A stretch of DNA of 64,000 bases from the NCBI GenBank assembly GCA_049970055.1, contig JBMFNR010000002.1:564406-628405 (forward strand), written 5' to 3'. The stretch comes from Fervidobacterium sp. (GTDB taxonomy: Bacteria; Thermotogota; Thermotogae; Thermotogales; Fervidobacteriaceae). Made by a program: the position numbers and the translations under genes. Below the pieces are notes generated by a model. The model searched no databases and was not told the DNA's origin. It worked only from the letters and a program-made list of their open reading frames with translations. Shown here one piece after another: positions 1 to 9,618 of this stretch (position 1 is its first letter; every line of letters begins with the position of its first letter).

Positions 1-329
1 GTTCTACCGGTAAAGAGCACATCGTCCACTAGTATTACCTTTTTCTCTTTTAGGTCAAAATCTATAATGCTCCTATCACTATTTTTTGGAGAACGCTTTT
101 CATCGTCCCTGAAAGGAGATACATCCAAAAAGCCGACAGGGACCTCTATACCTTCAATTAGTGATATGTTTTTACCTATCCTTTTAGCTAAATATGCGCC
201 TCTCGTTATAACACCTATGAGCACAAGATTATCTGCACCTTTGTTCTTTTCAAGAATTTCGTGGGCAATCCTCATCAAAGATCGCCTAATATCGTCCTCA
301 CCCAAAATTTTTATCATTTTTACTTCCAT
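1..329 (-). CDS. pyrR: Bifunctional pyrimidine regulator/uracil phosphoribosyltransferase PyrR (3' end truncated by window edge)
   Basis: Not in ORF track; manual translation of - strand from ATG 329: MEVKMIKILGEDDIRRSLMRIAHEILEKNKG...LIGVITRG...LDVSPFRDD...VILVDDVLFTGR (PyrR N-terminus and PRPP-binding motif). Confidence 0.93.
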   Translation of the reverse strand, partial: MEVKMIKILGEDDIRRSLMRIAHEILEKNKGADNLVLIGVITRGAYLAKRIGKNISLIEGIEVPVGFLDVSPFRDDEKRSPKNSDRSIIDFDLKEKKVILVDDVLFTGR

Positions 330-331
330 GC

Positions 332-1096
332 TCACATGTCAACCCCTAATGCCAGTTTAATTCCATACACATTTTTTAGATAATTATCCGTGTCTAAAGT
401 TTCAGATAAATTGTAAAAACCTGAGAGTGCGAATCTAAAGTTCGATGCGGTAAATGTCAAAGTGCCATCAATGAAGTTGAATATATCAATCTGCGTTCTA
501 TCATCAGAAATTCTAAAAACGGGACTGTATGCAAATGTTAAACTGTTAAAAAACAAATTATATAAAGAAGTTCCAAGCGATAGTCTCAACTTATTTTCCT
601 CTATGCTATTCACGTACACACTAATTCCCACATTTTTTGTCAATACCGAGGTGATGCCTCCAAAAAATTCTGGTATTTTGTTAATTGGTATCTCCGTACT
701 GAAAAGAACAATATCGAGTGCTCCAAAGTCCACAAGTGTGTAGTTGCTTAAAAATATCCTCCCAGCCGCATCCAGACTAAGCTTAAATTTGTCTGCGGGC
801 ATAACCTGAAATTTTATGTTCAGACCAAAATTATCCTTCAAACTTGATAATTTGTAATTGACAAAACCTGTCGAAAAATCCGTATTTGTTTGATAACCGA
901 GCTCGCCATTTAAAACTCCTTCACGCTTCTGCCAACCAACTTTGAGCAATATCCCATCTTGGTCTATTGTTTTCATTTCAAAATAAACAGAATTCCCACT
1001 CACGATGAGATTTGTGGGATTTTCAAGAAAAAAACTGAATGATGAAACTGAAACCAGTGTCAACAAAATTAGACTAATTAGTGTCTTTTTTTTCAT
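332..1096 (-). CDS. Exported hypothetical protein, possible outer-membrane beta-barrel
   Basis: Likely start ATG 1096 (GGGGG RBS); signal peptide [21 protein letters not shown]; beta-strand-like alternating residues; C-terminus [11 protein letters not shown]. Confidence 0.6.
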   Translation of the reverse strand: MKKKTLISLILLTLVSVSSFSFFLENPTNLIVSGNSVYFEMKTIDQDGILLKVGWQKREGVLNGELGYQTNTDFSTGFVNYKLSSLKDNFGLNIKFQVMPADKFKLSLDAAGRIFLSNYTLVDFGALDIVLFSTEIPINKIPEFFGGITSVLTKNVGISVYVNSIEENKLRLSLGTSLYNLFFNSLTFAYSPVFRISDDRTQIDIFNFIDGTLTFTASNFRFALSGFYNLSETLDTDNYLKNVYGIKLALGVDM

Positions 1097-2195
1097 ATGC
1101 TTTTTTAACCCCCCTTCGGAATTCTTCAAAAGTTTCATTTTCTAAGCTCTCGCGCATTTTTTCACTAAATTCCATCATAAAATGAACATCGTGAATGGTC
1201 AATAATATTTGTCCAAGTACTTCCTGTCTGTCGAATAGATGCCTTATGTACCCTTTTGAAAAGTTCCTACAAGTGTAACAAGTGCATGACTCATCTATTG
1301 GTTTTTTGTCATACTTGTACCTTGCAGACCTTATGTTGAACTTACCATTCCAAGTAACAGCAAGGCCATGTCTTGCAACTCTAGTTGGAAATACGCTATC
1401 AAACATATCCACACCATTTGCTACTAAGTCTACGAGTAGATCAGGTGAGCCACCTCCCATAAAGTAGCGAGGTTTATCATAGGGCATTTTTGGAGCTAGG
1501 AACTCCACCATTTTAATTGTTGTCTCTCTTGGTTCTCCTACACTCAGCCCACCAATAGCAAAACCATCAAAGTCAAATTGAGTTATTTCTCTCATACTCA
1601 ACTCTCTTAAGTCTTTGTAAACTGCGCCCTGGATTATTCCAAATATCGCCTGATTTGATATTCTCCTTAGATGCTCAAGACTTCTCTTAGCCCATGCTGT
1701 TGTTAACTTAACAGATCTTTTTGCCTCTTCGTATCCATCATTGGGATCAGCACAATAATCAAAAGCCATAACGATATCAGACCCAAGAGTTGCCTGTATC
1801 TCCATAGAAAGTTCTGGGGTTATATAATGTCTCGAACCATCTATTGGTGACATTATCCAGACACCATCATCTGTAATCTTTTGTCCTTTTTTCAAACTAA
1901 ATACTTGGAATCCTCCACTATCTGTGAGGATAGGCTTGTTCCACCGCATAAAATTATGCAAACCACCGAATTCACGTATAACATCAAGTCCAGGTTTTAG
2001 ATACAGGTGAAATGCATTTGATAATATAATCTGAACGTTATTTTCTTCGAGTATATGTGGCGTAACCAATTTGACATTTGCATTTGTGCCAACTGGCATA
2101 AAAGTAGGTGTTTCAACAACACCATGAGGTAGATAAATCCTACCACGTCGTGCATGATTTTGTGTTTGAAGTACTTCAAATCTTAGTGAAGCCAT
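1074..2195 (-). CDS. tgt: tRNA-guanine transglycosylase
   Basis: [36 protein letters not shown], Zn motif CTCYTC...H. Confidence 0.97.
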   Translation of the reverse strand: MASLRFEVLQTQNHARRGRIYLPHGVVETPTFMPVGTNANVKLVTPHILEENNVQIILSNAFHLYLKPGLDVIREFGGLHNFMRWNKPILTDSGGFQVFSLKKGQKITDDGVWIMSPIDGSRHYITPELSMEIQATLGSDIVMAFDYCADPNDGYEEAKRSVKLTTAWAKRSLEHLRRISNQAIFGIIQGAVYKDLRELSMREITQFDFDGFAIGGLSVGEPRETTIKMVEFLAPKMPYDKPRYFMGGGSPDLLVDLVANGVDMFDSVFPTRVARHGLAVTWNGKFNIRSARYKYDKKPIDESCTCYTCRNFSKGYIRHLFDRQEVLGQILLTIHDVHFMMEFSEKMRESLENETFEEFRRGVKKAYEKKDTN

Positions 2196-2808
2196 TTTCT
2201 TTGACCAACTCCTGTATTCTTTCGTAGTAAACTTTAGCTTCCTGCATTACTTCGTACATTCCGTCCAATACACTATTTTTGTACTTATCATCGTTGATAG
2301 ATTTTAGATTTATCATCACATTGTACTCGCCTATTTTACATGCAGCTCTGGCGAGTTCAGCTGCGCTAAATGCGTCGGAAATAGCGTTTTTATTCCCCCA
2401 TCTAGCTACGATCTCGCTGTACTTTAAAATGTCCCTAGCACACCTTACCAATTCCAAGGGAGTATCTATCGCTTCTTTTAAAGCTGTTTGGATTTTGTGT
2501 TCACGTTCAGGATCTTCTTTAGGTAATTTAAGAGCATTCATTACGTTATTAAATGCTTTAACGTCATTCTCTGCTAGTCTCAGTGTTCTCTCAATAACCA
2601 GTTCCATATTTTCTAGAACTTCTTGCATTAACCCCTCGTATTCTTCGTATTTTTTCTTGCTGATTGTCAAATTTGCAACCATAGAATTAAGGGAACCTCC
2701 CAAAGCAGCCGCAACTGCCCCAACCGCCCCTCCACCGGGAGCAGGAGTTTTTTCTTTTACCTTATTACAAAGCTCTTCTACTGTTAGCTTTCTAATTTCC
2801 ACGCGCAT
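2176..2808 (-). CDS. Formiminotetrahydrofolate cyclodeaminase/cyclohydrolase family protein
   Basis: [29 protein letters not shown] motifs of the FTCD_C family. Confidence 0.9.
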   Translation of the reverse strand: MRVEIRKLTVEELCNKVKEKTPAPGGGAVGAVAAALGGSLNSMVANLTISKKKYEEYEGLMQEVLENMELVIERTLRLAENDVKAFNNVMNALKLPKEDPEREHKIQTALKEAIDTPLELVRCARDILKYSEIVARWGNKNAISDAFSAAELARAACKIGEYNVMINLKSINDDKYKNSVLDGMYEVMQEAKVYYERIQELVKENGFTKI

Positions 2809-2861
2809 CCCTCCTTGTAAAGAATATTCTTTCCATTAAAGATGTACGAATTTCAAAATTA

Positions 2862-2870
2862 ATTATATCA
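2862..2870 (-). promoter_or_regulatory. Extended -10 promoter for the cyclodeaminase-tgt-OMP-pyrR operon
   Basis: TGATATAAT on - strand about 55 bp upstream of start 2808. Confidence 0.5.
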
Positions 2871-2970
2871 CATACTTTTGGATTTTAAAGCTGGCACGCT
2901 GTACTTAATGATTGACGAAATTGAGGAATTAAACTGACCAATAAACGAAAAACCATTCGGTTTGTTGTAC

Positions 2971-2998
2971 TTGCAAAATATTAAATTCATGATACAAT
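2971..2998 (+). promoter_or_regulatory. Sigma70-type promoter of SRP RNA
   Basis: TTGCAA-N16-TACAAT ending 6 nt before the RNA 5' end. Confidence 0.65.
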
Positions 2999-3004
2999 AA
3001 AAGC

Positions 3005-3276
3005 GGTGCCGTACTAAGCGGGGGGTTGGTGGTCCCCTGAATCCGAAACCCACCTAAGCGGAGCTGAATTCCCCGCAAGAGGCTATCTGTGTTCGGTATC
3101 GGCGTGCCTGATGGCGTTGAAGGTTGGGTCCCACGCAACAACTACCTGCGAACCGGGTCAGGTCCGGAAGGAAGCAGCCCTAAGCAGGCAAGTGTGTGCC
3201 GTGGGAGTGCCCGGCCGGAGCCACAACGGGTACGGGCGACCGGGTTCAGGTATGTCGAAGCGGGGTGTACGGCGCC
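3005..3276 (+). ncRNA. ffs: Signal recognition particle RNA, large (Alu-domain) bacterial type
   Basis: Helix-8 signature TCAGGTCCGGAAGGAAGCAG; ends pair (GGTGCCGTAC/GTACGGCGCC); ~270 nt; 5' GCCGTACTAAGCGGGG Alu-like start. Confidence 0.93.
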
Positions 3277-3280
3277 ATTT

Positions 3281-3300
3281 TTTATTTATTTATTTATTTA
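3281..3300. repeat. (TTTA)5 simple repeat between convergent SRP and RNase P RNA genes
   Basis: tttatttatttatttattta. Confidence 0.7.
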
Positions 3301-3312
3301 AATTAGAAAATT

Positions 3313-3637
3313 GAGAGGGGCTGTAAGCCGGATTCTGTCTTAGACAGGCATCTGTCTATGCGGTCTACCCGGGGGAATAAGGGTGGGACCGCCCAACCCC
3401 CTGCTTGACCTTGCTCTGGATGTGGGTTACCAAGCCAGTGCATTACTGCACTGCTGGTGAGCTCTTACCTCACCTTTCCACCCTTGCCCTACTTGGATTA
3501 TCCATTCGGGCGGTTTCCGTTTCTATGGCCCTATCCGTAGCTCACGCTACCTGGCCGTTAGCCAGCATCCTGCCCACAGAGTCCGGACTTTCCTCAGGCC
3601 AGTCTTGTGCGACTGCCTGCGCCTGTCCGCCCCTCTC
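3313..3637 (-). ncRNA. rnpB: RNase P RNA
   Basis: - strand contains GAGGAAAGTCCGGACT near the 5' end and ACAGAATCCGGCTTA near the 3' end; GAGAGGG/CCCTCTC terminal helix. Confidence 0.96.
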
Positions 3638-3679
3638 ATTTCCACTCAAGTGAGTTTATCTTTTTTGAACACGTAGAAT

Positions 3680-3708
3680 ATTGTACTACATTATTTTAAT
3701 ATTATCAA
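3680..3708 (-). promoter_or_regulatory. Promoter of rnpB
   Basis: TTGATA-N17-TACAAT on - strand. Confidence 0.65.
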
Positions 3709-3731
3709 CGAACATTATCAATTTTAAATTG

Positions 3732-3759
3732 TTGATATTTCTAAAGGTTGTGATAAAAT
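3732..3759 (+). promoter_or_regulatory. Promoter of MATE gene (divergent from rnpB)
   Basis: TTGATA-N16-TAAAAT with TG extension. Confidence 0.5.
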
Positions 3760-3790
3760 AAATTTAGTTCGTATAGCTAACAAAAATAGG

Positions 3791-5146
3791 GTGGGAGATT
3801 TTATGGCACGAGTGGAAGTTTTAAGTGAAAAGATAGAGTATTCACTCTTTCACTTAGCTTGGCCTCTTATTGTTTCAAATGCACTCCAAACAATTTACAA
3901 TATCGTGGATTCCTACTTTTTAGGCAAGCTCGGTCCTATTCAATTCTCAGCTTCTACGATCACTTGGCCTGTGATTTTTACATTTATCTCATTGGCAATG
4001 GGGTTTTCCAATGCAGGTATTGCAATTGTATCGCAGTATTATGGTAAGAGAGATATTAAAGGTGTTAAAAATTCGATGGGACAACTATATTTAGTTACCA
4101 TATCAATTGGTCTTTTATCAACCGTGGTTGGAATTATTTTTGCAAAACCTGTACTAAGTTCAATAGCAGGTCCAAGTAAAGATGTCTTACCTTATGCGCT
4201 AAGTTATTACATTGTTGATATGCTCGGACTACCATTGGTATTCGTAATTAATAGTACAACTTCCGCGATGAGAGCTTTGGGAGACTCGCAATTTGGAATG
4301 CGAATTACACTTTATATGAATATAATTAACGTGGTTTTTGATCCACTCTTAATATTTGGCGTAGGACCACTACCTAAGTTAGGTGTGGCAGGTGCCGCAT
4401 GGGCAACAAATGTTGGAAGGTTAATAGCTGCTTTGATATCAATTTATCATGTTACATCACATAGAGCTGCTATCAAAATTTCGAAAACAGATCTTGTTCC
4501 TAACTGGCACCTTGTAGCATTGATTTTCAAGTTGGGGCTTCCTAGTGCTTTTGGTCAATCACTCACATCGGCTGGTTTTGCAATTATAATGAAATATGTT
4601 GCTATGTTTGGACCTGCTGTTATCAGTGCGTACGGGATCGGAAACAGGGTTACAAACTTAGTGTCAATGGTTTCATTTGGTCTTGCTGGTGCTATATCTA
4701 CGATGGTTGGGCAATTTGTTGGTGCTAAAAGGTTCAAAGATGCCCAACAAAGTGTTTATAAAGCATTTTTCTGGAATGTCGTAATTGTAGGAATATTATC
4801 ACTACTAACTTTTATGTACGGAAAACAAATGACAAGATTTTTCATAAATGACGCCGAGGTTATAAAAATGGGAGAAATCTACTTTAGATACATTTCGTTT
4901 TCTTTGCCCATATTTACAGGTTATATGATATACAACAGCGCTTTGATAGGAGCTGGAAAAACAGTCCTTACGATGATAGGGGATATTCTCAGATTATGGG
5001 TAATAAGAATTCCAATAATTGCCGTGCTCTCACTCACTTTAGGTTTCAAAGGAATATTTGTTGGCATGATTATCAGTAATCTCATAGTTTTTCTTCTTAC
5101 GTATCTCTTCTTTAAGTTCTCGAATTGGACGAAAAGTGTGGTATAA
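3791..5146 (+). CDS. MATE family efflux transporter
   Basis: ~12 TM segments; LAWP, YNIVD, NVVFDPLLIFG..LGVAGAAWAT motifs; start may be 3803. Confidence 0.92.
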   Translation: MGDFMARVEVLSEKIEYSLFHLAWPLIVSNALQTIYNIVDSYFLGKLGPIQFSASTITWPVIFTFISLAMGFSNAGIAIVSQYYGKRDIKGVKNSMGQLYLVTISIGLLSTVVGIIFAKPVLSSIAGPSKDVLPYALSYYIVDMLGLPLVFVINSTTSAMRALGDSQFGMRITLYMNIINVVFDPLLIFGVGPLPKLGVAGAAWATNVGRLIAALISIYHVTSHRAAIKISKTDLVPNWHLVALIFKLGLPSAFGQSLTSAGFAIIMKYVAMFGPAVISAYGIGNRVTNLVSMVSFGLAGAISTMVGQFVGAKRFKDAQQSVYKAFFWNVVIVGILSLLTFMYGKQMTRFFINDAEVIKMGEIYFRYISFSLPIFTGYMIYNSALIGAGKTVLTMIGDILRLWVIRIPIIAVLSLTLGFKGIFVGMIISNLIVFLLTYLFFKFSNWTKSVV

Positions 5147-5186
5147 TGTTTACACGTGAAAAGTTAAGAACGATTGGAGGGACTTT

Positions 5187-6119
5187 ATGCGTATTCTATT
5201 CATGGGTACACCTGAATTTGCAGCAACATACCTAGAATACCTCGTTGTTAACAATTATAATGTGGTTGCTGTAATATCGCAAAAGGATAAACCACGCGGT
5301 AGAGGACAGAAGTTGTTACACACACCGGTAAAACAAGTTGCGATAAAGTATGATATACCGATATTTCAACCACTGAATTTAAATATAGAGGGTATCCAAG
5401 TGATTGAAGAGTTTAAACCTGACATAGGTATTGTTGTCGCCTACGGTAGGCTGATTAGAAAACCATTCCTCGAGCTAATTCCTCTGTACAATGTTCACAC
5501 ATCGCTTTTGCCAAAATATCGTGGACCTGCACCAATGCAACGTACTATAGAGAATGGGGAAAAAGTTACTGGAGTTACAATATTCAAAATCAACGAAGGT
5601 ATGGACGAAGGGGATATTGCCCTTCAAAAATCTTTTGAAATTGGTGAATGTGAAACGTATGGTCAGTTATATGAAAAGTTTGTAAAATATGGTACCAAAC
5701 TTCTTGGGGATTTTCTGGACAAATATCCTTTGCCACTTACTCCTCAAGATCATTCAAAAGCTACATACGCCCCAAAGATCGAAAAACACGATTTGTACAT
5801 AGATTTTTCAAAATCGGCGTTTGAGGTGAGAAACAAAATCCGAGCGTATGATCCTACGCCCGGAGTAAGAGTATTTTTGAACAAAGCTGAAGTAAAGGTA
5901 TTTGGTGCGTGTGAGATAGAGAATCCAACAAAAGAATGCATACCTGGAACGATTGTCAGAATCGAAAAAAATACAGGCGCAGGTGTTATAAAAACGAAAG
6001 ATCACCTTCTACATGTGAGATACATCCAGTTTCCAGGCAAAAGTAAGGTAACGTTCTTAGATGCAAAGAATGGAGGACTAATAAAAGAAGGCATGTGTTT
6101 TTCAAGCCAATGTGATTAA
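5187..6119 (+). CDS. fmt: Methionyl-tRNA formyltransferase
   Basis: MRILFMGTPEFA, DKPRGRG, NVHTSLLPKYRGPAP. Confidence 0.97.
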   Translation: MRILFMGTPEFAATYLEYLVVNNYNVVAVISQKDKPRGRGQKLLHTPVKQVAIKYDIPIFQPLNLNIEGIQVIEEFKPDIGIVVAYGRLIRKPFLELIPLYNVHTSLLPKYRGPAPMQRTIENGEKVTGVTIFKINEGMDEGDIALQKSFEIGECETYGQLYEKFVKYGTKLLGDFLDKYPLPLTPQDHSKATYAPKIEKHDLYIDFSKSAFEVRNKIRAYDPTPGVRVFLNKAEVKVFGACEIENPTKECIPGTIVRIEKNTGAGVIKTKDHLLHVRYIQFPGKSKVTFLDAKNGGLIKEGMCFSSQCD

Positions 6120-6174
6120 ATTTTTCTGAAAACGAAATAAACGGAGCATTTAGCTTGAAAAAGCGACGATAAAT

Positions 6175-6204
6175 AAAATCCCCGCCAAAGGCGGGGATAA
6201 TTTT
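6175..6204. terminator. Bidirectional intrinsic terminator
   Basis: ATCCCCGCC-AAA-GGCGGGGAT hairpin flanked by A/T runs, between convergent genes. Confidence 0.85.
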
Positions 6205-6217
6205 CTTCAAAAGAATT

Positions 6218-6592
6218 TTATGGCCTTTTCTGTGTACTATTTAACCTAAAGTAATCCATGTTCTCATCGTGTTCGATTTTCTTATACCGGTGTAATGCTG
6301 TATCGTACATTCTGTTTATTATTGCTTTTAAGTCACTACTTTTGCTTATTTCTTCAATAACTTTCCCAAGCTCGCCTGTAAATTCATATTTGAATTCCTT
6401 TTCATCGAATTTTATCTCTTCTATTGACAATTTTACCTCTGGCAAGATTTTACTTAATAGTCTTACAAGCATTTCCGCGAATACATCTTTCACATCACTT
6501 TTTCTCTTGGCCTCCGCAAGTTTTTCCCTGTACTCTGTTTCAAGCTCATGTTCGAACTTTACAAAACTGTTCATTTTTTCGTTTTTTTCCAT
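6218..6592 (-). CDS. Hypothetical protein (124 aa)
   Basis: ATG with GGGGGG RBS; charged soluble composition; terminator downstream. Confidence 0.75.
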   Translation of the reverse strand: MEKNEKMNSFVKFEHELETEYREKLAEAKRKSDVKDVFAEMLVRLLSKILPEVKLSIEEIKFDEKEFKYEFTGELGKVIEEISKSSDLKAIINRMYDTALHRYKKIEHDENMDYFRLNSTQKRP

Positions 6593-6732
6593 ACAATCCC
6601 CCCTTAGTTGAATATCTAAAACTTTCGAAGTTTTTTACAAATAAAGCAAGCTGGCCGATGAGTATTGAACCAATATTTATTCGCAATAATTTAGACAACT
6701 TCAAGTCAGAAAACGTTCATTGGAATTATACG

Positions 6733-7614
6733 TCATTTTTCAGTTTCATTTGATTTGCGTTTGCCGATGAGGTAAGCATACCACGTTGCACCTATGGTTA
6801 TAAGTATGACACTAACTATTTGTGCAGCACGTAATTGACCTGTCATAAGACTGTCTAACCTAAGTGATTCTATCCAAAAACGCCCTACTGAGTAAAGTAT
6901 CATATAAAGTGCTGTTGTTTCACCATATTCACGTTTCCGCTTTTCAACAAAAAAGTACAAAAAGACAAATATTGCTAAATCCCACAGACTCTCATATAAA
7001 AATGTTGGGTGGAAAAACCTCTCTATATCGTATCCAGGCATCCGCCTTTCGGGAGGAACAAACATTCCCCATGGTAGCGTTGTTGGCCTTCCATAAGCTT
7101 CGTAGTTGAAAAAGTTTCCCCATCTTCCTATCGCTTGTGCAAGGGGAAGAACAGATGTGAAAAGATCAGTTGCATGGACAAATTTGAAGTACTTTTTGAC
7201 TTTTGAATATATAAAAATCATCAACAATGCTCCAAAAATACCACCGTGTATTGCCAGACCACCGTGCCATATTTTGTAAATTTCCGATGGATATTTTGAG
7301 TAATAGTTCCAGTTAAAAACCACATAATAAATTCTTGCACCCAGTATACCCGCTATGATTCCCCAGAAAAGGCCTTCGTCCAAGTCTTCAGGTTTAATTG
7401 GATACTTACTCAGCCTTCTTCTTGCCAAAATGTAAGCTAAGAAAACTCCAGAAGCAATACACACACTGTACCATCTAAGCTGAAATTTTCCCACCTTGAA
7501 TATGTAATCTCTCACGATAAGTCTACCGGAGAAAACCTCTCTTAAGAAGAAAAACAAACTCGCTGCGACAATAACGAGTACGATCACCAATACAATAACA
7601 TTCTTCTTCTTCAC
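6733..7614 (-). CDS. lgt: Prolipoprotein diacylglyceryl transferase
   Basis: RWY, GARIYYV, IWHGGLAIHGG, QAIGRWGNFFNYEAYG, HPTFLYES; probable GTG start 7614 overlapping the upstream stop. Confidence 0.96.
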   Translation of the reverse strand: MKKKNVIVLVIVLVIVAASLFFFLREVFSGRLIVRDYIFKVGKFQLRWYSVCIASGVFLAYILARRRLSKYPIKPEDLDEGLFWGIIAGILGARIYYVVFNWNYYSKYPSEIYKIWHGGLAIHGGIFGALLMIFIYSKVKKYFKFVHATDLFTSVLPLAQAIGRWGNFFNYEAYGRPTTLPWGMFVPPERRMPGYDIERFFHPTFLYESLWDLAIFVFLYFFVEKRKREYGETTALYMILYSVGRFWIESLRLDSLMTGQLRAAQIVSVILITIGATWYAYLIGKRKSNETEK

Positions 7615-8921
7615 TCTTGCTTCCCCCTTTTTCGTAAATCCTTTTCCCATAATTGCTGATAGACGTAGCTGACATGCGATAATTTCTCTTTTATAGAAAC
7701 ATCAAATGGAATATATCTCCAAAATATTTCACGAACAGGTTTTTCAAGCTTTTGAACACCATTTACCTCTTTTGAAACCCATAATACATAGTCTTTTACA
7801 AAATGTTCCGCAGGGTTGCCTTTTATCTTACTGTCTTCCAAATACTTGTAATATTCTCCTGTTAATCCCTCCTCCATCCAACGACCAAATGAGAGTTCTT
7901 TTTCCAATTTCCATCTGTATTCACCTAATGCCATAAAGAACGGTTCATTGCCTTTTCGCGAAAAAATAGGAACTACTATTCTTCCACGACCGTATATATT
8001 TAAGCCCTCAATCGGTTCCCAACAAAATCCATTTTCTCCGTAACCTGGAACCAATATAACATAAGGCGGCATGAATATCTCTGTGCCACGAATATTTCTT
8101 GTCAATGTTTTTGGATCTATTGTTTTGTATTCATCAAGCATTTGTATCACCAATTGTTTTGAAAATATTTTGTTTACATCTTTAAGATAGACTGATGTAA
8201 GTGCGGGGTAGTTTATTCCCATTTTTCCGACTACCTTTTTGATCATCTGCCTTATTACTAAATGATCTGTAAAATGATTTTCTGTGCCTTTTAAATTTTC
8301 TTTACTTAATAAATTTTTTTGCTCCTGTGCTTTATCAAGTAACTCTTTTAGTGTCTTAATCTCACCATCAAGTTTTTTTAACCGCCCGATTGATTTCAGA
8401 ATTTCATCAAATACGTAATATACTCCCTTTGAGTATGGGCCTTTGCCTTGGACTCCATTAGCCAGGTCTTTCAATTTTTCTTCTTCGATTGTTCTATCGT
8501 AGATCTTCCGCTCGTATTCTTTCTCGATCCAACTAACGTCAACCGTTCTTTCCTGCCCTTTTTCTTGAATTACATCTTCAAAAGTTGATCGAGGTATTTT
8601 TCCACTTTTAACGGCTAGTATCCATTCATCGGCGTAAAATATGGTATCACTTTCCTCTGATTTTATCAAAACTTTCAATCTTTCTAAATCTTCTTTTGTG
8701 AGATATCTTGGATCAACGATGCCAGTCCTTATAAACAATTTTTGCTCCATCGGACTGTCTTCTGTTAAATTCTCAGCGATATTAAGAAAGATTTCCCAGA
8801 ATATTTCTGCGAAGGCATCTTTGAATTCACTGAAATTCTCTTCCTGGAGTTTTTTCCTTTTCAAAAATTCTTCTTTTAGATCTTCTTTTACACTATGCAG
8901 TAATTTTTCAAAATAATCCAA
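7611..8921 (-). CDS. Uncharacterised soluble protein with central coiled coil and conserved-looking C-terminal domain
   Basis: Long ORF (track 7611..8999; probable TTG start 8921); C-terminal ILVPGYG..CWEP..GRIVVP..GEYRW..GLTGEY..DYVLW..YIPF. Confidence 0.8.
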   Translation of the reverse strand: MDYFEKLLHSVKEDLKEEFLKRKKLQEENFSEFKDAFAEIFWEIFLNIAENLTEDSPMEQKLFIRTGIVDPRYLTKEDLERLKVLIKSEESDTIFYADEWILAVKSGKIPRSTFEDVIQEKGQERTVDVSWIEKEYERKIYDRTIEEEKLKDLANGVQGKGPYSKGVYYVFDEILKSIGRLKKLDGEIKTLKELLDKAQEQKNLLSKENLKGTENHFTDHLVIRQMIKKVVGKMGINYPALTSVYLKDVNKIFSKQLVIQMLDEYKTIDPKTLTRNIRGTEIFMPPYVILVPGYGENGFCWEPIEGLNIYGRGRIVVPIFSRKGNEPFFMALGEYRWKLEKELSFGRWMEEGLTGEYYKYLEDSKIKGNPAEHFVKDYVLWVSKEVNGVQKLEKPVREIFWRYIPFDVSIKEKLSHVSYVYQQLWEKDLRKRGKQE

Positions 8922-8955
8922 GACTTTGCACCTACCAAGTGAGCTTTTATTCTCT

Positions 8956-9567
8956 TCATCCTCTCCAGACGAGCCTAAGTCTATCACCAGAAAATTCAAC
9001 CGAGTAGATATTTCTATAACCTTTGTTTAAAGCTTTTTTGGACATCTGCTCTGCATTTTTAAAGGAAGCAATGATAATTGCATCGCTTTGGATGTGTGTA
9101 TCAAAGGAGATAACTGGGACACCCTCAATTTTTGTACCGACCTTGCTGTCATCTTCATCTATGAAGGCGACGATATTGAATTTCTCTTTGTTGGACATCA
9201 ATCTCAACAGCATTTTACCAACAACACCAGCTCCGTAAATTGCCACGTCACGCTTCCCAATAAGTTTTAAAAATATATCTTGGAATTTCAGTTCGATATC
9301 CTTATATAGTTGAGAGATTTCCGATAGATAGGCTAATCTGAGATAGTTAAGCTTTACTATCCCCTTATCTGATAATTTGTACTTTCCACCAACTTTTTCC
9401 ACTGTGCCTTCTGTCAAGAACGTCTTTAAATACTTGTTTACAAGAGAAGGTACAATGCCGGCTTTTAAAGCAAGCTCGGAATGTGTGACATTACCCTGCG
9501 AAAGTGCTTGCAATATCATCATTTGCCTGTAAAGCGGCGAATATTCGAAAAATTCAAAGTTTTCCAT
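8956..9567 (-). CDS. Winged-helix (MarR-like) regulator with C-terminal Rossmann/CoA-binding-like domain
   Basis: N-terminal THSELALKAGIVPSLVNKYL...YKLSDKG; C-terminal AIYGAGVVG..AFIDED; ATG 9567 with GGAGG RBS. Confidence 0.8.
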   Translation of the reverse strand: MENFEFFEYSPLYRQMMILQALSQGNVTHSELALKAGIVPSLVNKYLKTFLTEGTVEKVGGKYKLSDKGIVKLNYLRLAYLSEISQLYKDIELKFQDIFLKLIGKRDVAIYGAGVVGKMLLRLMSNKEKFNIVAFIDEDDSKVGTKIEGVPVISFDTHIQSDAIIIASFKNAEQMSKKALNKGYRNIYSVEFSGDRLRLVWRG

Positions 9568-9618
9568 GCGTAAACCTCCCAATTTTTACAATTCAGTGGA
9601 ACATCCTAACTGTTTTAC

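Noticed and set aside
2279..2839. 186-aa + strand ORF, and similar antisense ORFs at 9860-10246, 30323-30745, 37996-38511 and 45492-45917
   Set aside because: Shadow frames opposite well-supported genes, with no recognisable motifs
2868..3653. Short ORFs and high GC suggesting a foreign insert or small proteins
   Set aside because: Fully explained by SRP RNA and RNase P RNA; GC-rich stems are expected for structural RNAs in a thermophile
6593..6732. 140-bp gap after lgt as a possible sRNA or riboswitch
   Set aside because: AT-rich with no stable hairpin or known motif; structured RNAs in this genome are visibly GC-rich
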